Shown here in pieces: positions 14,546 to 28,306 of a stretch of 64,000 bases of DNA. Made by a program: the position numbers and the translations under genes. The stretch is taken from assembly GCF_001194135.2 (NCBI RefSeq), contig NC_068989.1:26554493-26618492 (forward strand), given 5' to 3'. The notes under the pieces were generated by a model that did no database searches, was not told the DNA's origin, and saw only the letters and a list, made by a program, of their open reading frames with translations. This DNA is from Octopus bimaculoides. Taxonomy: Eukaryota. Each line of letters starts with the position of its first letter. Positions within the stretch are counted from its first letter, which is position 1.

Positions 14546-14589
14546 GGTGAATTCAAGAGACGCTATATATAGCGTCTCTTGAATTCACC
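14546..14589. repeat. 44-bp perfect spacerless palindrome
   Basis: ggtgaattcaagagacgc-tatatata-gcgtctcttgaattcacc. Confidence 0.97.
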
Positions 14590-16679
14590 CTCACACAATC
14601 TAATGTAATTCTTCTTTTCAATTGATTTGTCTTGAAGCGTAGCTGTAACTTCAGCCTCGTTTATGAAGGAGTTTATCATACACGTATGGAATTTGACTGA
14701 TTACTTCAACGCTTGTTCGGACTGTCCATTTATATTCCTTTCTGGAATATAGTTTAGGAATTCCATGTCATTTCTGATAAAACTAGTATGCAAATTTGCA
14801 CAAAGAATTGAAAATTATGTTAAATAAGTTATTTTTAAAAATTGCACTTATAGGACCACGGTTAGTACTGGAAACCACTATTTCTTTTTTGACAACCAAC
14901 ATTATCTACAAATACAAAGCACATCAATGGGAATGTATGTGCGTGGCATCATTTGTGTAATTTCACCAGATTTTGGCGCCAAAATTGTTCGATGGACTTG
15001 TGAAATTGATAAACATATTTTATAAATTCATACGCATTTTATTTTTTAGAAGTTCCGATACATAGATTTCTTGTGTCACATAGATATATGCCTTGCAAAT
15101 ATATATGGATATATGCTATGTAAATATATCTGTGTCGTTAGTAGATGCAGTATGAGTTTCAATGTGTATATATTTCTCATGTAAATGTTACATATAATCG
15201 ATATGCAAGACGTACCGAGATGGATAGAAGAGAGACTGGTTGAGGGATATTGATTGAAATTTTTCTGACTTTTTTCCTTAACATTTTGAATATTAACGAA
15301 AAAACCTAACCCTTGTCATGATATCATTTTTGTTATACTGAAGACTTTGATGACACATGTTGTGCTGGGAATGTATATTCATATCGAATATTCAATCATA
15401 TTTTAGATTATAGTCACTAATACTGGGATATAAAAATCATTCATTGATATATGGTATCTAATACATTTAGCATCCCTTACAAAAGATTAATGTCCGGAAA
15501 AGTAATTCTTCAGAATTCTACATATAGACTAAAATATGTTAAAAGCTAGCTTATAGTTTCGTTCATATATGCACGTGTTCGTGCGCACGCGCACGTCAGT
15601 GAGTGTGCGCCTGTGCTTGTGCGTGGTATATAAGTGGAGCGAGAGGTTTTCAACTTATACTCATGTTAGCTGTATTTCTTATGCTCTTCAATATTCGTTA
15701 ATGGAGGTTGAATACTGTTTAAGGAATTTCATTTACTGTAAACTCGGAAGATTAGCTGAATATACTGATTTCGTTTGAAATAGATTGCTCATTTAAACTC
15801 GAATCCATAAGGTATGTATCGTAGAATATTTGAAATTCTACTCTCCTGCAAATCTGCAAGTCAATACTTTTAATGCATTTCCTATATTTTCCTACCTGTA
15901 TTCACATTCATAGCCACAAAATAATTTAATGATGAGAATTGTTTTCCTGTGTAACATTTCTTATTTTCAACTATGTTGAATATTTAGAATGTATGATATT
16001 CCATTAACTTCCATCGCATTAAGAATATCTGCAATGAAAATGAATGAGCTGTGCGACCTAGTGTCATCTTGATAGGTTTGACTCAAGGAAATATTGCTTC
16101 AGTAATTTCTCCCAAAACAGACGAAGGTGAAATATAGAATCATGCTCGCTGCTTCGCTATGTAGAATCCATCGCTAAAGGCGAATATGTTTTACCACCAG
16201 TCGTCTCATATATCACCAAACTTCCGTTAGGGTATCAATATAAATTTTCTATTAAAACAAAACAGCTGTTCTGCTTTTACATTTGGTTATTGCGTAAAAC
16301 CAAAAATTCTAGCATGTAATTACTTTGTGACTGGCATTGTAGATTATTCCACCGCAGTTTTGGCAACAGTCATAAGCTAACAGTAAAGCAAGAACGTTAT
16401 TCTGTTTCTAATTGTCAGATGGAGACATCATTAATCATCCATTGACTAATTTTTAAAACAAGTAAGAATATTAGAATGATCATATGAATTACTCTGATAC
16501 ACGAAACCTTACATACAATTATAACTGTAGCCTAATAATAAGATAAATTTGTTTCTTCGTATGATTTGGCGGGGTTGTGGTTTCAGGTGAGTGACTTGAG
16601 AGTGAGTTATCTTCTATAGTGTAATGTTTACTTCGGTTGAAATTATTTGGAAAGGAGCTTCTGACCGATTATATTTTGG

Positions 16680-19165
16680 TCAGCCTGTGATTTTTATCGG
16701 AACGTAAAGTGTGTTATTTATTTTTATTTAAAAGAGATTTATTCATTGTATTAAAAGACGTTTGCATTTCGTAATGCACTTTATATAGTAGGGCCCTTAG
16801 TAATTTTTTCGCAGTAAATTTTGAATTTGTTTCCTTCAAGATTAAACGTATTAAAGACCTGATTAGATATTTGTTTAATTGAAAAAATCATGACACCGAC
16901 AACATAAAATAACAAAACAAGTTACAAATAGCCACAACGCAACCCCCAACAAATTAATATGAAAGAATATGCTAACATACACTCTAGACTAAAGAACTAT
17001 AGGTATTTAAAAATGAAAGCAATTTGTTTAATTTATAAACAATGTCATACTGCAAAAAACAAAAATGGCAGGTAGAGCAATCACATTAGAACTAAACATA
17101 CTAAAATGAATTTTTAAAATATTGAAAGGCCCAAATTTATGAATAAAGTTTTAAAAAATAAAAGTATTTAAAAGCACCAAAATATTCTGAGGAAAATAAA
17201 ACCTTTTTAGACTATAATTAATTTCACTTAAGAATATAGTAATGCTTTTCACTGCTGGAAAGAATAAATAAAAGTAAAGATAATATAAAAAATATAAAGA
17301 TCGAAATTTTGATAAAGGAAACAGGAACCAATAATGGTAGAAAGTGATAATTTAACAAGTTCTTGAGCAGGCTTATTAGTAAGTGAACACTGAACATAAA
17401 ATGTTCACAACCAAATTATCCTTATAGAGATAATCGAGATATTGATTGATCCAAATTGCAATTTTGGTAAAATTGACAAGTGTATAGGAGAGAGATAATA
17501 TTAAGTCTAAATACATGAATAGTAAAATATTAAACGATAGCAAGTAATATTGTGAATAGTAATAAAGTGAATAGAATGACAAAGTTTTAAGAAGCATAAT
17601 TTACAAAATTATCATCACAATGAACTTGCATAGCATAAAAGTAATCCAGTTGTTTTTAAAGTCCAGATCAGCCCTGCTTTAAGAAACGTATGATCAAAGA
17701 CGTTTCAACTGTGACAGTACATTTGTTTTTTCTTTGAACTGACATTCCAGTGTCCCTTAGACTAAATATCTCAATGCGTATTCGGTTTCAGTTAGTGTTC
17801 AATACGGCAATTACCGCTAATATTACCATTGATAAATTGAAGAACTCAGTTCAAGTGTACAGCTTCCTTTAATACATTATAACTAAAAGGGTCCGGTTCC
17901 TAGCACACCGATCTGGCAATCCGACCTTGCTTTTCTCGGGAAAATAAGTGTTATTTGTTTTAAAATATTTATTCATTGAGTTAAAAGAAGTTTGTATTCC
18001 TAATGCACTGCATATAGTAGGGCACTTAGAATTTTTTTCTGCAGTACATTTTGATTAGATACTTATTTCTTGGTGAGTGTTTGGATTGGAAAAGTCGTGA
18101 CACCGACATCGTAAAATAAAAAGCAAGTTACAAACAACCATACACGCAACCTCCAACAAATTCATAGACGGTAAGTAATCCAGATTTAGAAAAGTAATAG
18201 CCAACCAACAGATGCTGCAAGGTATTCGACATAGAGAACAAATCTCAATACCTCCTCCATTACATATCAATAACCAACCGTATCGAGTTGTGACACATCT
18301 CATTCATTAATTTATACACACTAGATTTAAATGCAAGTTACTATTAGTTCCATGCCACTGAAAATACAATGGACGAACAAGTTTGTATAGTGTGCTGTGT
18401 ATTTTTAGTGTGCTGTGTATTTTTTCGAAAGAACGAGAATGAACGAGTGGAAAAAAAGGAAAAGAAAAAGACGCAGAAGAACAATCAAAAGTTGCGACCC
18501 TTTGGCTCGTTAGCGCTGTAATTAATATGGTTGGTATATTAAACTCAACCGAGATAGGTTAGAGTTTGTGAAACTGCATGCAGAGTAGTGTTGTTTATCA
18601 ATTCAATTGTAGAAACTTATTCAGATGTTTACGTGTAGCGAACATTTATGATCTATATTTTAGTTCGTCATTAGAGGTTTTATATCTAAAGAGGATATGA
18701 GATTATTCGGCACTAAAATGCTCACATCTTTGATCTATAAAACTGAATATTTCCTGAAGATACCCGGCCTGATCCACAGGCTTTGTTTGACCATTGTATT
18801 TTCAGAAGTATGAAACTAATAGGAGCTCGGATTTAAATCCTCTGAATATTAACTGATATTCATTGAGCGGAATATGTATGTGTGATTGTGTGTGTGAGTG
18901 TGTGTGTGTGTGTGAGTGTGTGTGTGTGTGTGTATGTGTGTGTGTGTGTGTGTCTGTGTCTGTGTGTGTGTGTCTGTGTGTGTGTGTCTGTGTGTGTGTG
19001 TTTATGCAAATTTCTGTTTATTCACCAAATGCAATAAATTGAAGGACTCAGTACAAGTATAGTGCTTGCTTTAATACATTATATGTACAAAAGTCCGTTT
19101 CCCAGCACACCGAGGTAGTAGTTTCCGATCTGGCAATTTGACTTTGTTTTTCTTGAGAAATATTC
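16680..19165. repeat. Degenerate tandem duplication/triplication, period ~1.2 kb
   Basis: 16680-16960 is similar to 17920-18165 (attcattg..taatgcact..atagtaggg..tgacaccgaca..caagttacaaa..acgcaacc.ccaacaaatt); 17830-17945 is similar to 19030-19165 (ataaattgaag.actcagt.caagt..taatacattata..agcacaccga..gatctggcaat). Confidence 0.8.
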
Positions 19166-20329
19166 ACTATTGAAGCAAGTTTTGAAATACGAAATGGAAT
19201 TTTAAATAGAACGCTTATCTTTATGCTCTTTTGGTTAAAATAAACCCTTGCGAGTGACATGAGCAAAATATATAAAAAAAAAAATCGCTGCTTCAAGATC
19301 ACGTTTTTGATTAATGGTTGTCGTGGAAATATTCTAAACGTCTTAAACTTCATCCGAACAAAGTCACTTTAATAGCTTTCCTCATGTAATTTCGTTGTTG
19401 CGTAATTCGTGCTTTCAGGTATACTCCGCTTTTTAGAACATTAATTAAAATTATTAATTAAAAAGCAAAGTATATATGCGCATGTGCATTTTGTGTACGC
19501 ATGTTTAGAGGTATATATAAATGTATATGCTCACTTCTATGCACCTATATCAACGCAATTATATACGTATTCATGCATATAATCTCAGGCATTTGCATAT
19601 AAGTATACATACACACGGACATACATATTACGCATTTCTTAATTAAATATATTAACTAATCAATGTGAAAAGAGCGTTTTATCCGAAGCAGAGCGAAATT
19701 CAAGGAGGGTGGAATTTACATAAATTATACTTACCTCTGTACATATATGGGGCTAAAAAATACCTTCCTTTTATTCTAGTTGATACTACTATGAATCAAA
19801 ATACTAAAGTTTTCGCTCAAAGCAAGGGTCCACTCCATTTTAAATTTGAAGCTTCTTTTTCTGTGTGTTTACTCCTTATCTGTAGTAAAGTAGGAAATTT
19901 TGAATTCTTGTCTCACGCAAGGGCCATATAAATTTCAATAAAGCTATAGCATATTTTTTTCAGGGCTGAGAAATGAAACTTTATGCTCATAAAAACGGAT
20001 TTTGAAAGTTGATTTAGTTTCCCCAGTATATATTTTAGAATCATCCCTGCTGTGTGTCTCTTATTTGGTGCTATATACAATAGAAATTTCTATACGGTTA
20101 CAATCTAGTCGGCATTCCTCACGAATTTGGAAATTACCTAAAATTTGGTGAACATTTGCCTCAACCATTCACCTTTACCATATTATAAAGTCTTGTTTAA
20201 CATCCCAAATTAGCACAAGGTTAAAAACTATCTTTAACACACATCTTACACTTATGCGCTTGTGCAAAATTGTAATGGAATAAGCTAAAGATTTTCCTTG
20301 CTATATTAGCGGGATTGCTGATTATATAT

Positions 20330-20407
<78 letters not shown>

Positions 20408-20413
20408 GTACAG

Positions 20414-20675
20414 TGAAGTTGCATGGCCTAGTCTTGCATTTACGCTCGCAAGACTGAGTTTCATTTCCTAGACCGGGTGACGAGTTGTATTCTTGAGCAA
20501 AACGCTTCATCTCACGCTGCTTTATCTCACATCGACACCTGGGTGTGGTATACCGTGCAACTGTTCAGGTAATGTCAATTTTGATGGAGTGGGTAAGCTA
20601 ATATACGGCACATACATTTGATCACTAGAAACAAATCATTTGTGCTGGTCGCTCTGCAAGAGCTGAACGCCCATA
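20414..20675 (+). mobile_element. Degenerate tRNA-derived SINE with a V/CORE-like central motif
   Basis: A-box-like gcatggcctagt, degenerate B-box gagtttcatttcc, then gttgtattcttgagcaaaacgcttcatctcacgctgct; family assignment from recall. Confidence 0.45.
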
Positions 20676-22279
20676 CTTCTTCGACAAACACATACACATA
20701 TATCTACATAAGTATCTATATCAACAACGGGATAGAAATAAATATATTAATGATAGCACTCATTAGTATTTTAAATATATTACATGAATAAAGAACATGA
20801 ATAGTGTACACTATTGCGAAGATATTTGTTCAATAAATAGATTTTTACAGATAGCATTTACCTAGTAATAGTTTGGATTTAGGAAAACGATTATTTTACA
20901 TTTAAGACTTCATAGAATAGCTGAAAAAAGTTACATATGTACGGCATTACTGACGTTAATGCATATTTTCCTATCTGGCTACTAATTTATTCATCGGGTT
21001 CACGTTTAAAAGTGTTGCTCGAAGAAACAGAAACGTGTCATATGTTGGTCTTTGGAACAGAAAGTTTTCAATTCACTCAATTAACTTTTCTAAAATAAGA
21101 GGATTAAATTTTGAATTTACCCACACTACATGACTGACAATATAATCAGGTAAATATTGAAAGCTGCATGGAACTGATCAAAAAGTTGATTTGAATATAT
21201 TCAAGTAAACATGTCACAAACAATTTAATGTATCAAGAATGAGTAAACGATTATCAATCAAATTGAATTTATATGAAAACAAGTATAAATTAAACATGGA
21301 AATTTAAAATTTAAAGTATCATTTTGTAGATAATGTTTACGTAGTATCACAGACACACACACACACTCACACATACAGACACTCTCACACACAAAAACAC
21401 AAGCACACACATAGACACACACACACAAACACATGCACACACGCACACTCTGTGTTTGTCATATTTTAAGTGCCTTTGGGCGTCACTGTTGATGCATGTA
21501 AAGTTTATATTGCTGTTATTTTGTGGCTTAATTCTAAAACATTACAGATGTAAGATAAAAGTTTTATAAAAGACCATAAACCGATAAAACCGACAACCAA
21601 AAACTTCAAATTACATATACTCACACACATACATACACACACATACACACACACACACATATACACACAGATACACATACACATGCACACGGACGGACAC
21701 ACGTATCAATATATATATATATCGTAAATCTGTCAGATATGATTTTTATAAAACACATTGTAGTAACTGTGCTCCGTCGCCTTCTGTCGTCATATATTTT
21801 GCCGAATAATCAAACTTCATCGATGATATAAATACGGTAAAGTTTAACAAATTTAACAGAGGAGTGTACTTGAAAAACACCGAGTAAGGAAAAATGTCCC
21901 AGCAAATACCCGAAAAATGTTTGTTGCATATCTTCAGAAAAAGAAGATAATTTTAACGATATCGATTTCGACAAAAGTTTATGTAGTGAAGAAAATACTG
22001 AAAAAACCTTCAAAAGGTGATACAAATATGCAGTGTGGCATACATATAGATTAAAACATGCTCTTAAGATATGCATGATTGCGAAGATGAAATCGAAAAT
22101 GGTGCCGAAAATCTAAGATGGAGTTCAACATTAAAACTTAATATTCGCATTGAACAGGAAATAGGTTTTATTATAATAAACTTTATTATGGAATATTTTA
22201 CACAAATAACCTTATATTTACCTGTTGAAAGATTTTTCTTCTAACTTCTTCACTAATTCAGGTTATACGGGTTTCATCA

Positions 22280-24590
22280 TGAATCAAATGTATGGACAGG
22301 CACAAAGACATGTAGAAGGAGGGGCTGACTTTCATGTACAGCGTTCTGCACACTCAGTTTCATATTGGCACAATTTAAGTGCTTGGTATAGTTCTGCTAT
22401 GGCTCTTAGTTCAGTCAAGTGAATAGTGAATGTGCCATCGTCATTATTTTCCACCCCTAAGTGATGGCAGTGCTGGCTTCGTCTGGAGAGCCTGACCCCG
22501 TATCTGACCCACCTGATATGTAGCTCGTAGGACGTGCTGGATAAGAGCTCCTCGGGTGGGTGAGATTGCAGCATAGTGTATGTTCATCTCTGCAAACCTG
22601 ATTTTACGGGCTTTATTTACAGACAACTCCGAAATGGATCAATCATACAACAGAACAAGGAGTCCTTCTATTACTAGAATCTGATCTTCTGTGATGTCTG
22701 CACAAGGTGCAGACAGCTGAGGAAATGTGTTCTTACGTTGAGGGAAAATGTCCAGGTTTTGAAAGCAGGATGTCTTGCCTCTTCCTTTAAAGGCACCCCG
22801 TGTATCACTGCCAGTCACTCCATGGAAACAAAATAACTCACAAACCTTCTCCTCAAGTTTACCGCCTTTGCTGTTGACCGGTAACCATCTCCTGCATTTA
22901 CCCACTCCATACGCAACCCACAAGTGGTCTAAACCATTTCCCTTGAAAACAGGGAATATTGCCACTGCTACGACGACTATATCAATGTCCATTGCAAGGA
23001 TGGTTGCTTTAGTAATGTAGCTGTGCTTCCCAGCATTCATAACATGGACAAAAATCCTAATGTCAGCTTCTTCAAGGGAACAATCGGTCATGTCTTCCAT
23101 TATGTGTTTTACCTCACTTTCTTTATTGCTAGCACATGAAGAAAACTGCGCCAGTTCTGGGGAACCTTTCTTTTTCTGTTACTTGGCGTCGGATTCCCCT
23201 GCCTCTTTGTAACCATGAAAGATTTCAGTGACTGTGAATTTTAAGTACTGAATACTACATCAAGTTGCGTTCCTTGAAGGTTAGATATTTGGGTCGAATA
23301 GCATGTCCTAGGTGTGCTCCGTCACTGAATAAGGCATCAGTTTCTGGCTCGTCTGCAGACATTCCCACCTTCGTCTCTAGGCATGCAATAAGTTCTGATT
23401 TTGTTCCGCGGTAGAGATCTCCGTTTGATCTGAGGGAAGCTAGGACGTTTGCATTTTCATACCTAAAGAACTCATTCATATTTAGTTGTTTTGTTTGGCA
23501 AGAGATGGACAAGTTTGCAAAAAGATTGCAGTCTTATTTCACTGCATTCTCTAGCTTGTGGTCTTTATTCTGCGTCTATCGAATAATTTGAAGCTGTTCC
23601 GCTTCAAAGTGTGGCATACGTTTTCTAGATTAGATATCAATCACTCAAACTGCTTTGTTCCTTCATGAATGTAATTCTACAAAGCATCACTGTGTTTTAC
23701 AACTTTTGATTCTAGTGTCAGTATCTCAGAGGATGTTTCGTCTGAGAATGGATTTCCGAAATCTTCTACTGTTTTACAAAGACTCTACTTATCTTCCAGG
23801 AATGTCTTTTGGACAGGAGTGTGTTCCTCGTTTGCTTTTTGATAATTCATCATATTCCCCACGAAGGCCACATATCTCTGACCCTGATACCATCCATCTT
23901 AGCAAGGCAGACTCATTCTTCATGATAAATACAGTGCCTCCATTTCCCTTGATTAGAGAATTATTTTGCTCATGGGCTTGACCCACTCTGATGGAAGAGA
24001 ATTGTTTTTCTGTCTAGTGGATCACAAACCTACCTCCTGCAAACTCTTCAAGGTCAAATGGATCGGCCTCAGGCATCTTTAGCATATCATTGATGTTCAC
24101 AGACGGCCATCTTGTATAATGGGTACTGCTCCTGGCAAGAAAGTACGACATCAAGGCATTCAGTGAGGCAAGGCACCCTATGAAATCTCCCACGCTGATT
24201 GACAGGATAACCCCAAGAATAATTATTTCGAGTCTGAACACCATGTTCCACCTCAAGAACTGGGGTTCCTGATCTTCACATTCGGCATCAAAGCTCCTAG
24301 ACTCATCACTTGCCTCATATGCCTTTTTCATTAGCTTATACAAGCTGCAAGCAGTTACCTAATTATTCTTCTTGTTTTTGTTACACTAGAGGTAGACATA
24401 AAGACTCAGTTGTGCCAGAGGTTGCAATGCCAACTTCTTCAATCGCTGTTGTCCACCCACTCCAACGACTGATGGCAATGATTATGGCGGTATTCACCAA
24501 CTTAAACAAGGAGACCATCCAGTTGCAGGAGATAATGGAGGCCGTGTTTGAAGCCAATGAGGATTTTATTGAATAGATTTACTCTTTAGT
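22280..24590 (-). mobile_element. Academ-type (AcademX-like) DNA transposon relic, 5'-truncated pseudogene
   Basis: Collinear minus-strand fragments: THYTRW...EEFAGGRFVIH; GQAHEQNNSLIKGNGG...ALLRWMVSG; EFFRYEN...SLRSNGDLYRGTKSEL; EEADIRIFVH...FHGVTGSDT..FKGRGK (XPG/FEN1-like PIN plus H3TH); PTRGALIQHVLRATYQ; terminal CQYETECAERCT*KSA..TCLCAC Cys cluster. Confidence 0.75.
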
Positions 24591-24624
24591 ATTTCCAAAT
24601 ATTTCAATGTAGTTTATATATATA

Positions 24625-24792
24625 CGCGTAGGAGTGGTTGTGTGGTAAGTAGCATGCTTACCAACCACATGGTCCCGGGTTCAGTCCCACCCACTGCCTG
24701 GCATCTTGGGCAAGTGTATTCTACAATAGCCTCGGGCCGACCAAAGCCTTGTGAGTGGATTTGGTAGACGGAAACTGAAGGAATCCCGTCGT
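24625..24792 (+). mobile_element. tRNA-derived SINE 5' part (bipartite family), followed by (TA)n and a gap
   Basis: ggagtggttgtgtggtaag A-box, gggttcagtccc B-box, cttgggcaagtg core, gccttgtgagtggatttggtagacggaaactgaa; close match to 50034-50197. Confidence 0.85.
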
Positions 24793-25289
24793 ATATATGT
24801 ATATATATATATATATNNNNNNNNNNNNNNNNNNNNNNNNNNNNNNNNNNNNNNNNNNNNNNNNNNNNNNNNNNNNNNNNNNNNNNNNNNNNNNNNNNNN
24901 NNNNNNNNNNNNNNNNNNNNNNNNNNNNNNNNNNNNNNNNNNNNNNNNNNNNNNNNNNNNNNNNNNNNNNNNNNNNNNNNNNNNNNNNNNNNNNNNNNNN
25001 NNNNNNNNNNNNNNNNNNNNNNNNNNNNNNNNNNNNNNNNNNNNNNNNNNNNNNNNNNNNNNNNNNNNNNNNNNNNNNNNNNNNNNNNNNNNNNNNNNNN
25101 NNNNNNNNNNNNNNNNNNNNNNNNNNNNNNNNNNNNNNNNNNNNNNNNNNNNNNNNNNNNNNNNNNNNNNNNNNNNNNNNNNNNNNNNNNNNNNNNNNNN
25201 NNNNNNNNNNNNNNNNNNNNNNNNNNNNNNNNNNNNNNNNNNNNNNNNNNNNNNNNNNNNNNNNNNNNNNNNNNNNNNNNNNNNNNNNN

Positions 25290-25322
<33 letters not shown>

Positions 25323-27849
25323 TACATATATTGTACAACTTGTAGTCTTGTACGTGCTATTATATGAATAACTAGTGTTGAGTTTACATACAGCCTTGTG
25401 TTTTAGCTAGTATTGTATCTATATATCGCTTTACATATAAATCCATCCATCCATACAAACATCGATACATCCATCCACACATACGCATGAACATACATAT
25501 ATACACATATAATTGTATGACCAAAAGCAGTGATGTTTTTGCCATTAGGTTGAGAATATTGTTTATAAGCTACTATATAGAGTAGAGCAAAGTGATTTTT
25601 TTAATGTTGAATCATACCGGTAAAAAAAGTTTCCCGAATGGATGTAACAATCAAAGTGCGTGATAAAATGAAAATAATGCCCTAACAGAAGTTAGTGCTT
25701 ATTACTCACTGTTTCGTAGATTTCTACAAATCACTAGACGCAAATATAAAATGCAGTCATACTCAACAGAATAAGAAAGTGTTATCCTTAAGGAAAATTA
25801 TCCTTCCGACTCTACAAAATATAATTCGATTTTTATCTTAGTCCATATTTCTTTTACACTTAGTTCACACAAGTATTTATTTATTAGGATGCGGACGATT
25901 TACTTGACACGTTGAAATTTTACTTGAAGTTCAGTGTTTCCATATGTTCAATCACCTATTCTATATATATATATCCGATCAAATTTGAATCAGTTTGCAG
26001 TGTGCAATCCAATAATACAGGAGTATATTTGAAAGAATAATGTCCTTTTTTCTTTCTATTGAAACACAAAGACTAATGGTCGTGTTGAGTCAGAATAATT
26101 ACAAAATACCTTATCATTTGAAACAGCAATAAATAGTTGATAATTTAGTAAATATGAGTACGTAAAATGAAAGATTTCAGAAACAACATGTCCATTCTTT
26201 TTTCTGGTATTAATACATAAAAATGACCTTATTTCAAAGGTTAGATTAATAGTGTATAGCAACGTCGTTTATGGATGTGCAATTGGCATCAAATGCTAGG
26301 GTTCCAGGATTAGCTCCCTAGTAATTTAGGCATATGACTAATGATGAGTAGGTCTTTCAAAATTGCGAATACATGTAACACAGCGAGATATGTTGTACAG
26401 CATTTTTCATATGAATGTAAAAGAATGATACTATACTTTCTTTCATGTGTTGCAGTTTTCTGCGTTAGTGCTTTCGCGATAACCCGGCCCCTATTGCAAA
26501 GGCTGCAAATGTAAATATCTTAGTAGTTTTTGATCCATGAACTTAGTCAGGATTTAAGTTTAGATTGAATTGATTTATTTCGCGAGAAGCACTTACCCAA
26601 CAGGAAACAAACGGTGCAGCTGTTTAGGGAACGTGGCGATTTTGAATGAGCAAACTGTTGTGCCTCTACTTCATGGATTCTGTTATTTCTAAGATAATAT
26701 TATGCAACGTTTCTGTTATTTACACATACATATGTACATTGAGGAGGGTGTGGTTACACTTTTATAGGCTGAATAACTTTCTGTGGTTAGCGGGTACTTC
26801 CATCACTTGGTACTACAGAAATGTGCTCCATTCCTAAGGTGAGGACATTAGCTTAGTATATTACTGCTCATCTATCATATAAATAAATATCACAGAAGAA
26901 TATTTCATTTTAAGAGCACAAGTTAATTCTGATTTCCATCGTCTAATTAAAATAAAAGATAGTGTTTAAGCAAAAATAATCATAATTAAGACAATAAGAT
27001 ATTCCAATCAAAACGACAATGCATTTTGTTGATATACAAAAAAGGTATTGCGCTTTGTATTTTTAATAGAAAATAGTCTGTCAAGAGCACTTACTTTTTA
27101 ATTAGAAAATACTTAATTAAACTTGAAAATATAATACAACACCGCGAAACTTTGGTCGCTGTATCGTTACTAAATATAACGGTTTCGTCGATTTCAACAT
27201 TTTATTTTAACGTTTAAAATAACACATTTACAATTAGGAATAGTAAGTTGTTCTGGAGCAATTAAATTCATATTTTAGAAATATAGATTACCATTGCCTC
27301 CATTATGAAAGTCGCTCCTTTCCTATAAATATACCAATATTCATGCATACTCACATCAAAAAATCTCATATACGAGTATATCTGTTTGTCTGTGTCCACG
27401 TGAGTAAATATGTCTGAGTGGGGGTGAGGTGTATGTGTGTGTTATGTCTATGTACGTGTGTGTATCTGTGTGTGCTTGTACGTGCGTGCGTTTACCAACG
27501 ATACAAGTACAATAAGTATATCATGAAAATACTGGAGCGTATCGCTTGCCGAAAGTGAACCAAGTTTGTCTCAATAAATGTTTGAATACGATATGTATCA
27601 CAATGGAATGAGTTTTCAACTTCTGTAAAGAAATCTGGTTTAAGTAAACATATCAGTGGATCAGCTCACGTGGTTCACTTTTTTCAATTCCCTCATACAC
27701 ACTTCATTGGTACTTTTCATAACCTCTTAAGTCCCAGTTGAATCTTCGTACTATTTTTGTCAACGTCATCTGTTCTTATTAACACCACGTAATTCCATGC
27801 TTATTGCAACTATCCTAGTATGTATATGTGCGCGTGCATATCAGTATGA

Positions 27850-27850
<1 letters not shown>

Positions 27851-27902
<52 letters not shown>

Positions 27903-28225
27903 TAGTTTTATTTTTATAGCGTGCTTTCACTTCACTACCGAGCGCAGCTCTGTGCGCATTGGGTATGTACTGTGGTTTGCTGTGGTGCTCTTATGTTTAC
28001 TGTATTGAAAGTGTTTTGCGTAGAATGTGTGCAGTACCCAGTAGTGCAATTTTCTGTATTTTATATATATTTGTAAGTCCTGCTATTTTTGTTATGTATT
28101 TGTCTGAATATTTTTTTATTATACCTAACGCACCTACTATGATAGGAATTGTTTCTGTTTTTGTCCTCGTGTTTTGCTATCTCAGTGTTTATATTATTAT
28201 TTGGCATTGCTGTGTGACTACTATC

Positions 28226-28287
<62 letters not shown>

Positions 28288-28306
28288 GTTGTTGTTGTTG
28301 TTGTTG

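Noticed and set aside
16780-17640. AT-rich hydrophobic minus-strand stretch suggesting a NUMT or chemoreceptor/GPCR
   Set aside because: TAA/TAG stops in all frames (also stops in the mitochondrial code) and no recognisable mitochondrial or 7TM motif.
21810-22140. Acidic peptide fragments resembling a piggyBac N-terminus
   Set aside because: Only compositional similarity; no TTAA/TIR or catalytic motifs.
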